Virus record (IMG/VR): IMGVR_UViG_2791355164_000001
Coordinates: 26,242 to 90,241 of that record
Strand: one strand, 5' to 3'
Length of the DNA: 64,000 nucleotides
Origin: a virus
Taxonomy: Duplodnaviria; Caudoviricetes
How positions within the stretch are numbered: position 1 is the stretch's first letter; every line of letters begins with the position of its first letter. The translations under genes were made by a program, and so were the position numbers. A model generated the notes under the pieces. It ran no database searches, was not told where the DNA came from, and saw only the letters and a list, made by a program, of their open reading frames with translations. Positions 38,810 to 49,000 of the stretch are shown here, one piece after another.

Positions 38810-39387
38810 TAAATCAGTCTCCAGTCGCTTGCCAGCAGATCGGCGGTTACGGGCGTCCAGTCAGCCGTTGTCAGCTGCTCGGTATTGGTCAGAACGAACT
38901 GAGGCATGCGCGTTACGGACGCCTGCGGATCGTGGTCAAAGAATCGCGCCGGCACGCCGTACATATCGGTGCCGTTCAGCGGGTGCCGTGTGGTGCCTCT
39001 GTTGAGGCGCAGATGCGTTCCCTCTCCCCACGCTTTACGTGCCACTTTTGCGCCGTCAGAGAGCCACACATGCGCGACGGCCATAGGCGCGCCCTCTTCC
39101 CTGAATTTCAGCATGCCCTCGTCTATCAGCTGTTCGCTGCGCAGGATCAGATCGTTCAGTTGCAGCATGGCCAGACAGGTAGCGTGATTAAGCGATTCCC
39201 CGCGGGCGGTCATGGTCAGTGCGCCTTTGCTCACCGTGGCTGACCAATCAGTTGCGGTCTGTGACTGGTGCGTTACCACAAAGCCCAGGTGCTCCAGAAC
39301 GTTCAGCATCGCCATATAGTCGCCGGTATAGTTGCCTGCAGCGCCGGCAATCATGCCAATCATTCCGTTTATTTGTTGATCGTTCAT
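38809..39387 (-). CDS. Two-domain protein with C-terminal DUF2829/Tad2-like domain
   Basis: KVARKAW ... WTPVTADLLASDW motif; N-domain resembles phage ABA-sandwich family. Confidence 0.65.
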   Translation of the reverse strand: MNDQQINGMIGMIAGAAGNYTGDYMAMLNVLEHLGFVVTHQSQTATDWSATVSKGALTMTARGESLNHATCLAMLQLNDLILRSEQLIDEGMLKFREEGAPMAVAHVWLSDGAKVARKAWGEGTHLRLNRGTTRHPLNGTDMYGVPARFFDHDPQASVTRMPQFVLTNTEQLTTADWTPVTADLLASDWRLI

Positions 39388-39390
39388 CGT

Positions 39391-39642
39391 TTAGTAACCC
39401 CGTTTGCTTTTGCGCTTGTGGGCGCTCTGTCTGCGCTTCTGCGCGGTCAGCCGCTCACGTTCGCGGTGCTGATGCGCTTCTTCCATGCTGGTGGCCAGCC
39501 GCTGTATTCCTTCCTCGGCGGTCAGCTGCGGGCGCTCCGGCAGCTGCAGCGACCTGACCTGCAGCACGGGAACGGTTGGCGGCCGGCGCGCCAGCAAGGT
39601 GAGACTTCCCATTAATGCGCCCATCAGTGCGATCTTTTTCAT
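39391..39642 (-). CDS. Hypothetical protein
   Basis: Hydrophobic N-terminus, basic C-terminus; first ORF after ncRNA array. Confidence 0.5.
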   Translation of the reverse strand: MKKIALMGALMGSLTLLARRPPTVPVLQVRSLQLPERPQLTAEEGIQRLATSMEEAHQHRERERLTAQKRRQSAHKRKSKRGY

Positions 39643-39783
39643 GCTCTCTCTCTGTCGTGCAGGCGTGCAGAATCCCCGGCGATTGCCGGTGGTTAAAATT
39701 CACCTGATTAATTCCGGCGCCGGGTGCGCACGGGGATGTTCTGAGACCTGTCCCGGCGGCTGGCCGGGTGGCTATGTAGGCAT

Positions 39784-39884
39784 TGTGCTGGCCGGATTTG
39801 AACCGGCGACCTTTCGCTTGTCCCTATCACCGCCCTGCAGGCCGAATAAAAGAGCGAACGCTGCTGCCGCTGAGCTACAACACA
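39784..39884 (-). ncRNA. tRNA-like RNA with 36-nt insert in place of the anticodon loop
   Basis: TGTGTTG-TA-GCTCAG...; stem TTCGC/GCGAA; AGGTC; GCCGG-TTCAAAT-CCGGC; CAGCACA. Confidence 0.65.
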
Positions 39885-40140
39885 ACGATAAAAGCCCGTC
39901 TGCCGGCGCTCTTACCTGTTGGCCTGTATCAGCTGGCCACCAGCTGCGCGATCAGCCATTTATGACCGGCAAACAATCCGGCATTCAGCAGCAGATGAAA
40001 CATGACAAACTGCATCGCTCTGACTGTTTTGGTGTACATGCTGGTGTCCATACTGCTTAAACCCTGATTAGCTGACTGAATTGCTCTAATCATGCCTCAA
40101 TTTTCTTGTCAGCGCTTATGCATGCGTATCTGTTATGCGT

Positions 40141-40283
40141 TGGTGGTGGCCGGTGCCATACCCGGCAAGTAACCTCTCAAGCGACTGGTCAACTCGGTTA
40201 CTGGCGGCTTAAACCCCTATGCGTTGCGATTGATGAAGCGGGGGCCAGTCTTGCGATCGCAGCAGCAACTGCGAATGCACCAC
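40141..40283 (-). ncRNA. Structured RNA with tRNA-like closing stem and T-arm-like hairpin
   Basis: GTGGTG...GCCGG-GTATGGCA-CCGGC-CACCAC-CA. Confidence 0.45.
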
Positions 40284-40694
40284 AACGGAAAGAGTACTGA
40301 GCGGCTAATGCGCTTTCCTGTTGGGGTGTCGTGCTATTTGCGGCGCTTTTTCTTCGCGTCGCTGCGACAGGCTTTGATAACCGTTTCAAAGCCGTAAATG
40401 ACCACCAGCGTGTAAATGATGGTGAGGGCTGGATGCTCTGCAGCAAACGCTAAAAACGGCATATCGTGTCCTGTCTGTTAGGGATGCTGTCTCTTCCAGC
40501 TGTCAGAACTACTCGCCCCGGCGCTCAACCGGAAGATGACAGAAGTATGGCTGGATGACATTACGTGTTGACCGGATAACCTGTTAGCTTCAAAGGAATT
40601 AAAAGCCAGACTCCGCACTCACATATCCCAAGTGACCCACTTTCGACCACCAGCAGGGGGCGCTGGCTCCAATGCAACTGGTCTGTACTGAAAC

Positions 40695-40778
40695 TGGCAG
40701 TGACGGCTGGATTTGAACCAGCGACCTTCCGTACTCCTGAGTTAAAGCCGGACGCTCATTCCTCTGAGCTACGTCACC
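40695..40778 (-). tRNA. Atypical tRNA (encoded CCA; enlarged, irregular anticodon arm; identity undetermined)
   Basis: GGTGACG-TA-GCTC-AGAGGAAT-GAGC-G-TCCG[17 nt]CGGA-AGGTC-GCTGG-TTCAAAT-CCAGC-CGTCACT-G-CCA. Confidence 0.65.
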
Positions 40779-41138
40779 ATAAACGGGTTGCTGTGATCGG
40801 TTTCCGTTAGCGCGATTGTTCAATGAGGCGGGAGTGATACCCGCTTTGCCTTCGCAGCCCATCGCTGACTGCCGGCGTCGATTCGCCGGCAGGGCTTTCG
40901 CCCCGTGGATTGACTCCACAACTCCTACGGTGTGTTAAAGCAATCACCACAACGGTCGAGAGCACTGGCTAACCAGGCGCGTGGCGTCATCTGTCATTCA
41001 CCACTCAATACTCTCGCCGTTGTGTGCTGGTCTTTCCCAGCTGCCACGAACTTTTTTTAGGTCTGCCGCTGACCTTGCCCTGCCACCAGCCAAATTAGCC
41101 AGTAAGCAGCGCGTCGCCTGGTGTTGACGTGTAGTGCA

Positions 41139-41250
41139 TGGGGGGCTGGTGCCTCCAGCTGTCCGTTACGGAACCTACGGACGGGTGTAGAAGATTTTCA
41201 TGACAGGAAAATATTATTCCGCCCCGCGTGCGCATAGCCGCATTCCCCCA
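41139..41250 (-). ncRNA. Structured RNA, same architecture as 40141-40283
   Basis: GGGGG...GCTGG-AGGCA-CCAGC-CCCCCA. Confidence 0.4.
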
Positions 41251-41493
41251 TTTGTGAGCGTGCTGCCAGAGGTAGTTTTACCCGTCGCCAGGCAGCAAGA
41301 GGATGCCAGCACGCTCACAAATGGCGATCCCTTACGGGGATCAGACGGGAACCTGTTTAAGCCTCACGGGGCGTTCTATGCGCGGGGTAGTCCAAAACCG
41401 CGTTCACTGCCGTGACAGGAGGGGCTACATGCCGTTCACCCTACTCATAACACGCCCGGAAAAGGTAATAACCGGGAGCGGCCCGTTACGAAC

Positions 41494-41557
41494 TGATGCA
41501 GGCTGGCGGAATCGAACCGCCGACAATGAAACACTCTACCGACTGAGCTAAGCCTGC
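41494..41557 (-). ncRNA. tRNA-like RNA lacking the anticodon arm
   Basis: GCAGGCT-TA-GCTC-AGTCGGTA-GAGT-GTTTCATTGTC-GGCGG-TTCGATT-CCGCC-AGCCTGC-ATCA. Confidence 0.7.
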
Positions 41558-41907
41558 TGAATTGGTGCCGGTGCATACCCGGCTCGGACACTTAGGCATC
41601 TGGTCAACCTGTCCGCTTGCGTAAACAACAGGGAAGGAACCACCCCTGCCAGATTTGCATTGCGTCTGCCTCGCTGCTGAATCCTCTCTCCGATTCAGCC
41701 GTGAGCACACGTCATGCACTCACGGTTAAACCTGAAAAAAAAGCCCGAAAACTATCGGGCATAAAGCCACCTCATACAGCGCAAAAATCACTCGGAAATG
41801 AGCTTTGCGCTGTAAAAAATTGCGGATTAAACAATGGGTTAATGCTTAATCCGCGAAATACCAATTCAGATAACTTTCAACGATTATGGGCGTTGCCAGC
41901 GGGTAGG

Positions 41908-41962
41908 AATGTACACAATGAGGAGATCTGAATCAATGAAAATCTAAGATATCTCTTAGATT
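41908..41962 (-). promoter_or_regulatory. Promoter and adjacent bivalent operator for the ncRNA array
   Basis: TTGATT-17-TACATT on minus strand; AATCTAAGATATCTCTTAGATT at 41941-41962. Confidence 0.6.
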
Positions 41963-41996
41963 TTCATATTTATTAGCGGCGGGTAATTACGTCACG

Positions 41997-43286
41997 TTAG
42001 CGACGTTTCAGGTTGTTATTTTTGATAGGTTCAATATCACCATTGGATTTTGCCCAGGTGATGCACCAGCTGTTAACCGCAGCGCGGATCTCGTCTACCG
42101 TGGCCTCACTTAGCCCTTTGACCTTCACCAGTTCCGGCGGCAGCTCACCGCCCACCGCTGCCACGGTGTCATAACCGGCTTTGACCAGCGCGTTAAGCGC
42201 ACGCGCAGGGATAGCCAGCTCGGAGACCGGCGCGGCCTTACCGTCAGTGATGCGCTTGTGGAGTCGTGGGAAGTCCAGCGCCAGGCGGGTCATGATGCGC
42301 TCATGCAGTTCATCGTTGATGGCTGTGTCCCACATAGGGAGTAAATCAGGCAGGATGCGGAATACCGGATTACCCCATATACCCGGCACAACATCCATTG
42401 CCAGCATCATCGCCGTGCGGATCTGATAGTGGAAATTTGCTGTTTCAATGGACACGTCACGGATGCCATGAAATACGCTGAGCCCGAAGTGGTAATTGTA
42501 GATATAACAGCCCACGTCGCCGCTGCCGTCCGGCAGCTGCAGGAGGAATTGCGCCACGTCTTCCTGCCCGTCGTGAAACTCCACGCGCTCTTTCAAATGA
42601 TTGTGCGAGGCAGTGAGTTTAATGAGATCGTTGGCCGTCTCACCGCGCAGGCGGCGCTCTTTGCCTACTTCTTTATCTGCAATATTCAGCTTCTGCTGCA
42701 GTTCCTGTATCAGTGCGCTCTGTTTTTTGCGATCGGCGCGGTGCTGAGAAATGGTTTTGTCGCGCTCCTGCAGATCCGCCGCCAGGCGTTCAGGATTCTT
42801 GCGGCGGTAGTGTGCAAATTCCTGATTCAGAGTGGTCAGCGCCAGCTGCGCGGTAACCAGCGCATCTGAGTTGCGATCACGGTCGTTTTCAGCATTGATA
42901 GCGCGATTTTCGGCCTCACCTTCACGAATACGGGCTTCCTGAATGGCTTCATCAGCGGTGTTCTTCGCCTCAAGGCGAATCTGAGCTATCTCTGCAGCCA
43001 GTACGGAATGGCTGTCCAGCTCCTGCTGTACGTGCTCCAGCGCCTCTGCCAGCACGTTATAGGTATCAGCTTCGTGATTAAGGCGCAGGTTGATATCAAT
43101 CTGCACCTGCTCCAGCGCGGACAGGCAGTTATCCAGCAGGCGTTTTTCAAGATCGTCGAGTTTCAGGCGCTTGCGCATAGAACTCAGTTGGCCATAGGCC
43201 GTTACAAACGTCTGGTGAAGTACTTCATCGTCAACGGGGCATTCAGGAAGTTGCTGCAGCTGCTGGAGAACATTTTGAGAAGTCAT
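41997..43286 (-). CDS. Coiled-coil protein with C-terminal helix-hairpin-helix domain (possibly P1 PmgS-like)
   Basis: Heptad-rich N-half; RALNALVKAG...VKGLS motif; operator at 43344-43364 upstream. Confidence 0.6.
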   Translation of the reverse strand: MTSQNVLQQLQQLPECPVDDEVLHQTFVTAYGQLSSMRKRLKLDDLEKRLLDNCLSALEQVQIDINLRLNHEADTYNVLAEALEHVQQELDSHSVLAAEIAQIRLEAKNTADEAIQEARIREGEAENRAINAENDRDRNSDALVTAQLALTTLNQEFAHYRRKNPERLAADLQERDKTISQHRADRKKQSALIQELQQKLNIADKEVGKERRLRGETANDLIKLTASHNHLKERVEFHDGQEDVAQFLLQLPDGSGDVGCYIYNYHFGLSVFHGIRDVSIETANFHYQIRTAMMLAMDVVPGIWGNPVFRILPDLLPMWDTAINDELHERIMTRLALDFPRLHKRITDGKAAPVSELAIPARALNALVKAGYDTVAAVGGELPPELVKVKGLSEATVDEIRAAVNSWCITWAKSNGDIEPIKNNNLKRR

Positions 43287-43427
43287 GATTGGTTTCAGGT
43301 CCGCTGTAAATTTGCGGCAGATGATAACCTGAAATTAACCACTGTCTAAGAATTTTCTTAGATTTTATTTATATAAAAAGAAGGGCGGAATTGGTGGCAA
43401 AGCAGAGCGCCCTGCCACCAGCAGGAA

Positions 43428-43727
43428 TTACACCAGTTTGAGCGCCACCAGCACGCCTGCTACAGCAACGGCCATCATCAGCATATGCAGCAGCACGGAC
43501 GGCGCTTTGATCTCTCCGCTTTCATACTCTGCCTGCGACATACGCCCCAGGTAACTGTGTGAGACCAGAACGGCGTTTTCATCAAAGCCCAGCTGCAGGC
43601 GCACGTCCTGCAATGTCGGGCGCGTAACCTGACGCGAGACAAGCTGTACCACGCCTGAGCGCATCTTACCGTTATCACCCATATAGCAGATCGAATGGTA
43701 GTGGAGCTGTGTATTACGCCCGATCAC
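43428..43727 (-). CDS. Hypothetical protein with C-terminal TM anchor
   Basis: SYLGRMS motif and hydrophobic tail. Confidence 0.55.
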   Translation of the reverse strand: MIGRNTQLHYHSICYMGDNGKMRSGVVQLVSRQVTRPTLQDVRLQLGFDENAVLVSHSYLGRMSQAEYESGEIKAPSVLLHMLMMAVAVAGVLVALKLV

Positions 43728-44242
43728 TGAATGGCCACCCAGTCATGAACACGCATATCATCCACACTCAGGCAGTGGATTTCTTCACCGCCATCAGGGC
43801 GAGTCAGCCGCAGCACGTCGTCGCCTTCATGCTCCTGCTCCAGTGACACGAAAAACCCCGCTGGCCAAGCCTCGCGGCGCATCAGAAGTTCGGGATCTTC
43901 TTTCATCTGAAGCAACGCCTGACTGTGACAGCACGCAATGGCACCGATACCAATTTTCCCCAAACCTTCGATCTGTGCCACCGTCATGCGTGCTCGTCCT
44001 TCTGTAAATGATTTTCGTAAGATATAGCCGATACCTTTAACGCCACCGTAGTAGTTCAGCTGGCGATTGTTCATGCCGCATCGCGCCATGAGTTCCTTTT
44101 TCGGTACCCCGAACATGCCTGTTTCCAGTGCCAGTTCGGCAAATACTGCGAGCCCCAGCCCTAAGTTGCTGCGCGTCTTAGCGCGTCGCGCATAGTGTTC
44201 AAACGTGGGGCATCCGGAAAAAAAGTCCGCGTCAAAAAGCAC
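43724..44242 (-). CDS. Protein with C-terminal DUF2829/Tad2-like motif
   Basis: MRREAW ... LSVDDMRVHDW. Confidence 0.5.
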   Translation of the reverse strand: MLFDADFFSGCPTFEHYARRAKTRSNLGLGLAVFAELALETGMFGVPKKELMARCGMNNRQLNYYGGVKGIGYILRKSFTEGRARMTVAQIEGLGKIGIGAIACCHSQALLQMKEDPELLMRREAWPAGFFVSLEQEHEGDDVLRLTRPDGGEEIHCLSVDDMRVHDWVAIQ

Positions 44243-44833
44243 TTATTCGCTCCAGAATCCGTCGTTTTCGTGCGCGGGCATTACTCCGCCTGCTTCAAGT
44301 GCTGCGTACTGCTCTGTCACCCTGATCGTCTCTTCCGGTGAAAATGATAAAAGGACGTAAAAGCCCTGCGCTTTAAGGCGCTGCATCCACTCTATCTGCT
44401 TCTCAGAAGGCATGCGCTTACCATGTTTTTGCTCTATGCGCATACCGTGATAGACACCAGATGGCATTTCCAGACACATATCAGGAACGCCACGCTTTGC
44501 CCCTTCTGCCTCAATCGCTGCAGCGGTTTTTTTTAGGCGGAATCCTCCGTTGGGTACGGCGTACAGGTGATCATAAATAACCCTGTTATTGCGGTGAAAA
44601 TGGTCAAAAATACGAACCTGGTCGTAATGCTCTTTTTTGCCTGCCAGCAGGTCGGGGTTTTTAACGAGTGCGGCTAACGCTTTTGCGTGAACCGATACTT
44701 CTGTCAGTGCGGTTAACCAGGCGGACGCTTTGACGGATTTTACCGACGCGACACCCTCAGCTTTATCTGCTGGTTTACTGCGTGTTTTAGGTTTTTTCTT
44801 GTAGGAGTGAAACCACTCTTCACTGAAGCGCAT
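44243..44833 (-). CDS. VRR-NUC domain nuclease
   Basis: AVPNGG, EGAKRGVPD, IEQK, SEKQIEW. Confidence 0.85.
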   Translation of the reverse strand: MRFSEEWFHSYKKKPKTRSKPADKAEGVASVKSVKASAWLTALTEVSVHAKALAALVKNPDLLAGKKEHYDQVRIFDHFHRNNRVIYDHLYAVPNGGFRLKKTAAAIEAEGAKRGVPDMCLEMPSGVYHGMRIEQKHGKRMPSEKQIEWMQRLKAQGFYVLLSFSPEETIRVTEQYAALEAGGVMPAHENDGFWSE

Positions 44834-45288
44834 ATCCGGAATTGTCAGCCGATGATTAAGTATTCTAAAAGATGGATTTGCGTCGGGGGGTATTTTTAAC
44901 GCTGGGACGGGAAAAAACAAGCCTGTAATTGGCATCTTTCAAAGATAATGATTACAGGCCTTTATCACATTACTGGTGTGCCATCCACATCAGCATGAGG
45001 CAGCAGACGATGCCAATTGTGCTAAAACAAAGCGTGAGGAATTTGCCGATCGTATTAGTAATAGCGTCAGTGTTGACGTCATTTCCTTTGATTGAAGTGG
45101 TATTAACAAAGTCACGCTGTGCAAAATTTTTCATGCTATATTCTCTTCGTTATGTGCAGAGATGACGTCGCCAAACACAGTCTCTGCAGGTAAAAAAAAG
45201 CCCGGCCATCTGGTCGGGCTTTTTTCATGCTTACCGCCTGAGCGGATATGCAAAATCTAAGCTGTTTATAGTTTTCAGTCAACAAATA

Positions 45289-45573
45289 TCAAAAGTTTTT
45301 GTCACTTTTCAGCTGTGGCGCGGCCTCAGCCTCTTCTTTAAGGCGTTTTAACGCATCGTCCAGGGCTATCAGCCAGCTGGCTTTATCCAGATGACGTATT
45401 CTTTCTATCCGGTATTTTGTATACGGATTAAGCACCCATACCCATCGCTTATCATCCTGGCGATCGCGCAACGTAAATACCCCGCTCGGGTGATAAAATT
45501 GCAGCTCTGCACCGGCAGCACTGGCGTAGGCCTCTAATTCCTCCAGTTTTAAATATTTATTTTCTCGTGCCAC
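45289..45573 (-). CDS. Small protein at P1 lxc position (possible co-repressor)
   Basis: Follows darB-ulx; weak resemblance only. Confidence 0.4.
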   Translation of the reverse strand: MARENKYLKLEELEAYASAAGAELQFYHPSGVFTLRDRQDDKRWVWVLNPYTKYRIERIRHLDKASWLIALDDALKRLKEEAEAAPQLKSDKNF

Positions 45574-45581
45574 GGTGTCTC

Positions 45582-46010
45582 CTAAAGTCTTCTTTTTTCT
45601 ATGGACTCGTCATAGCTGACGTATAAATACGGCTCCGTATCGTCCGCTGATAACATAACGGGCAGCAGGTGGTTTGCACTGTATACCGCGTCGTTCTCCG
45701 TGCGATCGTCAGCGTACAGGTGCGCTGCTACTACCGTCAGGGCTGGCCGGGAGAGCGAGTATATTTCGGCAACGTCACTTTCGACTACCTGCCCGAATTT
45801 AGTAATAGCACTTTCCAGTAAAAGTAGCTTGATTGCAGGCCACCACGGGCCAAACGCGCGATACGCAAAGCGCGCGCTGCTGACGCGCTTCACAACGTTT
45901 TCCAGGTAGTATGCGACAAACGCCTCTTCGGTACGTCCGTCCAGGGCAAGCGGCAGCAGGCTTTCTATGTAGGTCTCGGTTGGCTTAATGGTATCAATCA
46001 GTGTCGTCAT
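45582..46010 (-). CDS. ulx: Ulx-like antirestriction accessory protein
   Basis: DTIKP, FGPWWP.IK.LLLE, RPALT, HLLPV resemble P1 Ulx; follows darB. Confidence 0.8.
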   Translation of the reverse strand: MTTLIDTIKPTETYIESLLPLALDGRTEEAFVAYYLENVVKRVSSARFAYRAFGPWWPAIKLLLLESAITKFGQVVESDVAEIYSLSRPALTVVAAHLYADDRTENDAVYSANHLLPVMLSADDTEPYLYVSYDESIEKRRL

Positions 46011-46040
46011 GTGTGACGGCCCTTTCGGGCCGCTCCTGTG

Positions 46041-49000
46041 TTATGCGTTTTCGATATCCGCGCGCAGCGCATCGAGATCGTGTGAGGAAGGGATAAGCCA
46101 TGCAGGCTGTGTGAACTCGTTCCCGGCTACCGGATCGGCTTCAAAGTTCCAGAATTTCGCGCCGTACTTCTCTTTCATCAGGTCGCGCACCGCTTTGCGC
46201 TTGAGCACCGGCTTATCGCTGGTGTCCGTGAGCACGTAGGCGCCGCCGGCCGGGAAGTCGATTTTAAAGGTGCGGTTCTTCCACTTGCGCGAGGCCACCA
46301 GCTCCTGCTCGTTTTTCAGCACCTGGAAACCGGACGCCTGTTTCTGCGCCTGCTCAGCCCGCACGGCGGTTGCCGCTGTGGTGGCCGCAAGGTTCGCTGA
46401 CGCGCGGCGCTCTGCCAGTTCTTCAGGCGAGAGTTTGCCGGTCATCAGCGCTTTATAGTCCGTCCACGTCGGCGCGTGATCCCGATATCCGCCCTCTTCC
46501 ATCTGCTCCAGGAAGGTATAAAGACCGCCCACCAGCGCCTTAACCGTCCGGGAGGACAGGAAGGTTTCAGCCGTCACGTCTGATTCGCTCAGATCGCCCA
46601 GAGCCACGCTGGCGCGCAGGAACTGCGCCGCAGGCGACTCGGTAACGTTGGCCGCGTTATCAATATCGCCCATCGCTTCGTAGCGCGTTTTGTCCAGCAC
46701 CGTGGCAATGGTCGCCTGGATGCTTTCCGGGGTGTACTGGCGGAACTGCTCCAGCGCTGCAGCAGCGTACTGATCAGCCAGCGCTCTGACGGCTTTAACC
46801 TTGCCTTGCCCCATCCCGTCGCGCAGCTGGTTAAACATCGCCTCGTACTCGTTGCTGTTGGAAAAGCCCGTCATGGCATTACGGAACTGACGGATGCTGA
46901 TGCTGTTGCTCCAGAAAAAGCTGTCCTGGCTGGTGCCTAAGAAGTAAGCCTTTGCCTCAGCGTCCGTTGCGCCGGTCACTTTGCGCCCCTGTGCGTCGCC
47001 TGCCTCAAACTCCGCTACCAGCTGGCTGAACACCTTAACGACGTCCTCCATGTCCGCCTGCTCGCCGTAGCCCTGCATCGCCGCATTGTAGTTTCCGCCA
47101 AATACAGCTTTGAATACGGCCTGCACTGAATACAGGTTTTTGGTCAGGCTGTACTGATACAGCTCGCGCTTCAGCTGCTCGTCGCCGTGATCCGGATAGA
47201 GCCAGTCCTCTGCTTTGATGCTGTCCCGGACGGTAATGCCCGCGTGGATATATTCATGCTTAAGCTCGCCGGCCGCATCGCGGTACATCCAGGCGTCTGC
47301 CTTCACATTCATCACGCCGGCGCGTATCGCCACATAGAAGTCCGCGCGGCTCAGCGTGTCGGCCAGCGAGACCGGATCGATACCTCTTGCCGCCTTCTGC
47401 AGCGCTTTTGCCTGGTCAGTCGTGATTTCCACGCGATCGCCAACCAGATCCGACGGCATTTCCGCGAATCCGCCAATGTCCGGCCTGGTATAACAGCGAA
47501 GCGGCTTGTGGATCAGCTCAACCTCAACCGTGCCTTTTTCCGGGAAGAATTTGCGGATCTGGAAAACGCCCTTTTCCTGCTTATCGTCATCCATCCAGAT
47601 TTCATAGCACGCCCCGATGCGCACCAGCTGCCCGCCGGCCAGCTTCATGTACTGCTCTGGCGCGCGCAGCACGTCCGGGTCGACTTCCAGCGCGCCGGAC
47701 AGAATGGCACGCTCAACCTCACCGCGTGAGCGCTTAATGGTGTTGGCGGCGCTTTTAGAGCGCGTCAGCGCCTTGCGTGCGCCGTTCAGCTCCTGCTCCA
47801 GCTTCTTCTGCTTCGCCAGGCCTTCTTTAAGTGCCGCACGCGCGTTGCGGCGGTCCTGCCCGCGCCAGTTGTCCGCAGACCGCTTGCCGTCTCTTTCGAG
47901 CTCAATGTTATAAGCCGTTTCGGCGTCTGTGACGTCTGCACGCAGCCCGTCAATGCTGCCGTTGATTTCGTCAAAAGCGGCTGACAGGTCAGTGATATTC
48001 GCTTCCAGTACCTCTGTCGGCGTGGCAGCGGCAACGCTCGCTTTCAGGTAAATGTCCAATGAGGCGGCGGCTTCGCGCTCAGCCTGCTGGCGCTCTGCTT
48101 CGCGTTTTGCCTTCAGCTGTGCGTCCACGCGTGCGCGGCGTTCTTCCGGGTTTGCGGCCAGCAGCAGGCTCTGCTCCTCTTTGGATTCCACATCGCCGTT
48201 TTTCATGCTGGACACGTCAGACTTCATGACGTCATTGATCCAGTTTTTCTTGCGCTGCAGCGTCTCCAGGCGGAACTCGTCAAACGAACCCTTACCGCAG
48301 TAGTAATGCACGCGCATGCTGTCGCGCTCCGAGCCCACGCGGGCGCCGCGCCCGTTGCGCTGGTCAATACTGGCCGGCGTCCAGGGCAGCGTAAGATGGT
48401 GCGTATCAGCGGTGCCTTTGTGCAGGTTGATCCCCACTTCGGCTTTTTTGTTGCAGATGATGATCGGCGTGCGGCCTTCGTTGTAGTCGGCGGCGATCCC
48501 CTCCATCCCGGCAAGCGAGGCGTCATTCAGCGCGGCCTGATAGTCCTCATAGCGCGCCAGCTCCTGATAGTACTTATCCCACGCGCCCTCCTTAAAGCTG
48601 CCGTCCGCTTTCTCCACCGGCTCCACCGGCTTCTTCACGGGCTTAACCTTCACGCCAGATGCTTTCGCTACCGTTGTGGCGTTGATGATGCCTATCTGCT
48701 GCTCCTGCAGGCCCAGGGCGCTTGCGATGATGCGGCGCAGTTTGTTGTGCTGCGTCTTTTCATCCATGAAGATGATCTGCTTACCGTCCGGCAGGCCAGC
48801 TTTGAGGTTTTCTATCAGCGCGGCGTACTTCGGCGGGACCGGGTGCGAGACGTGCTGCATATCAATGCCGGCGGCAGCGATCGCGTCCAGCACCTGCTGC
48901 TCCAGCGTGTCGCTTACCACCAGCTCCACGACGCCCCCGCGGTTCTTCAGCATGGTTTTGACAACCTTGCTGGTGCGCGTGTCGGTCAGGCCGCTCTCTG

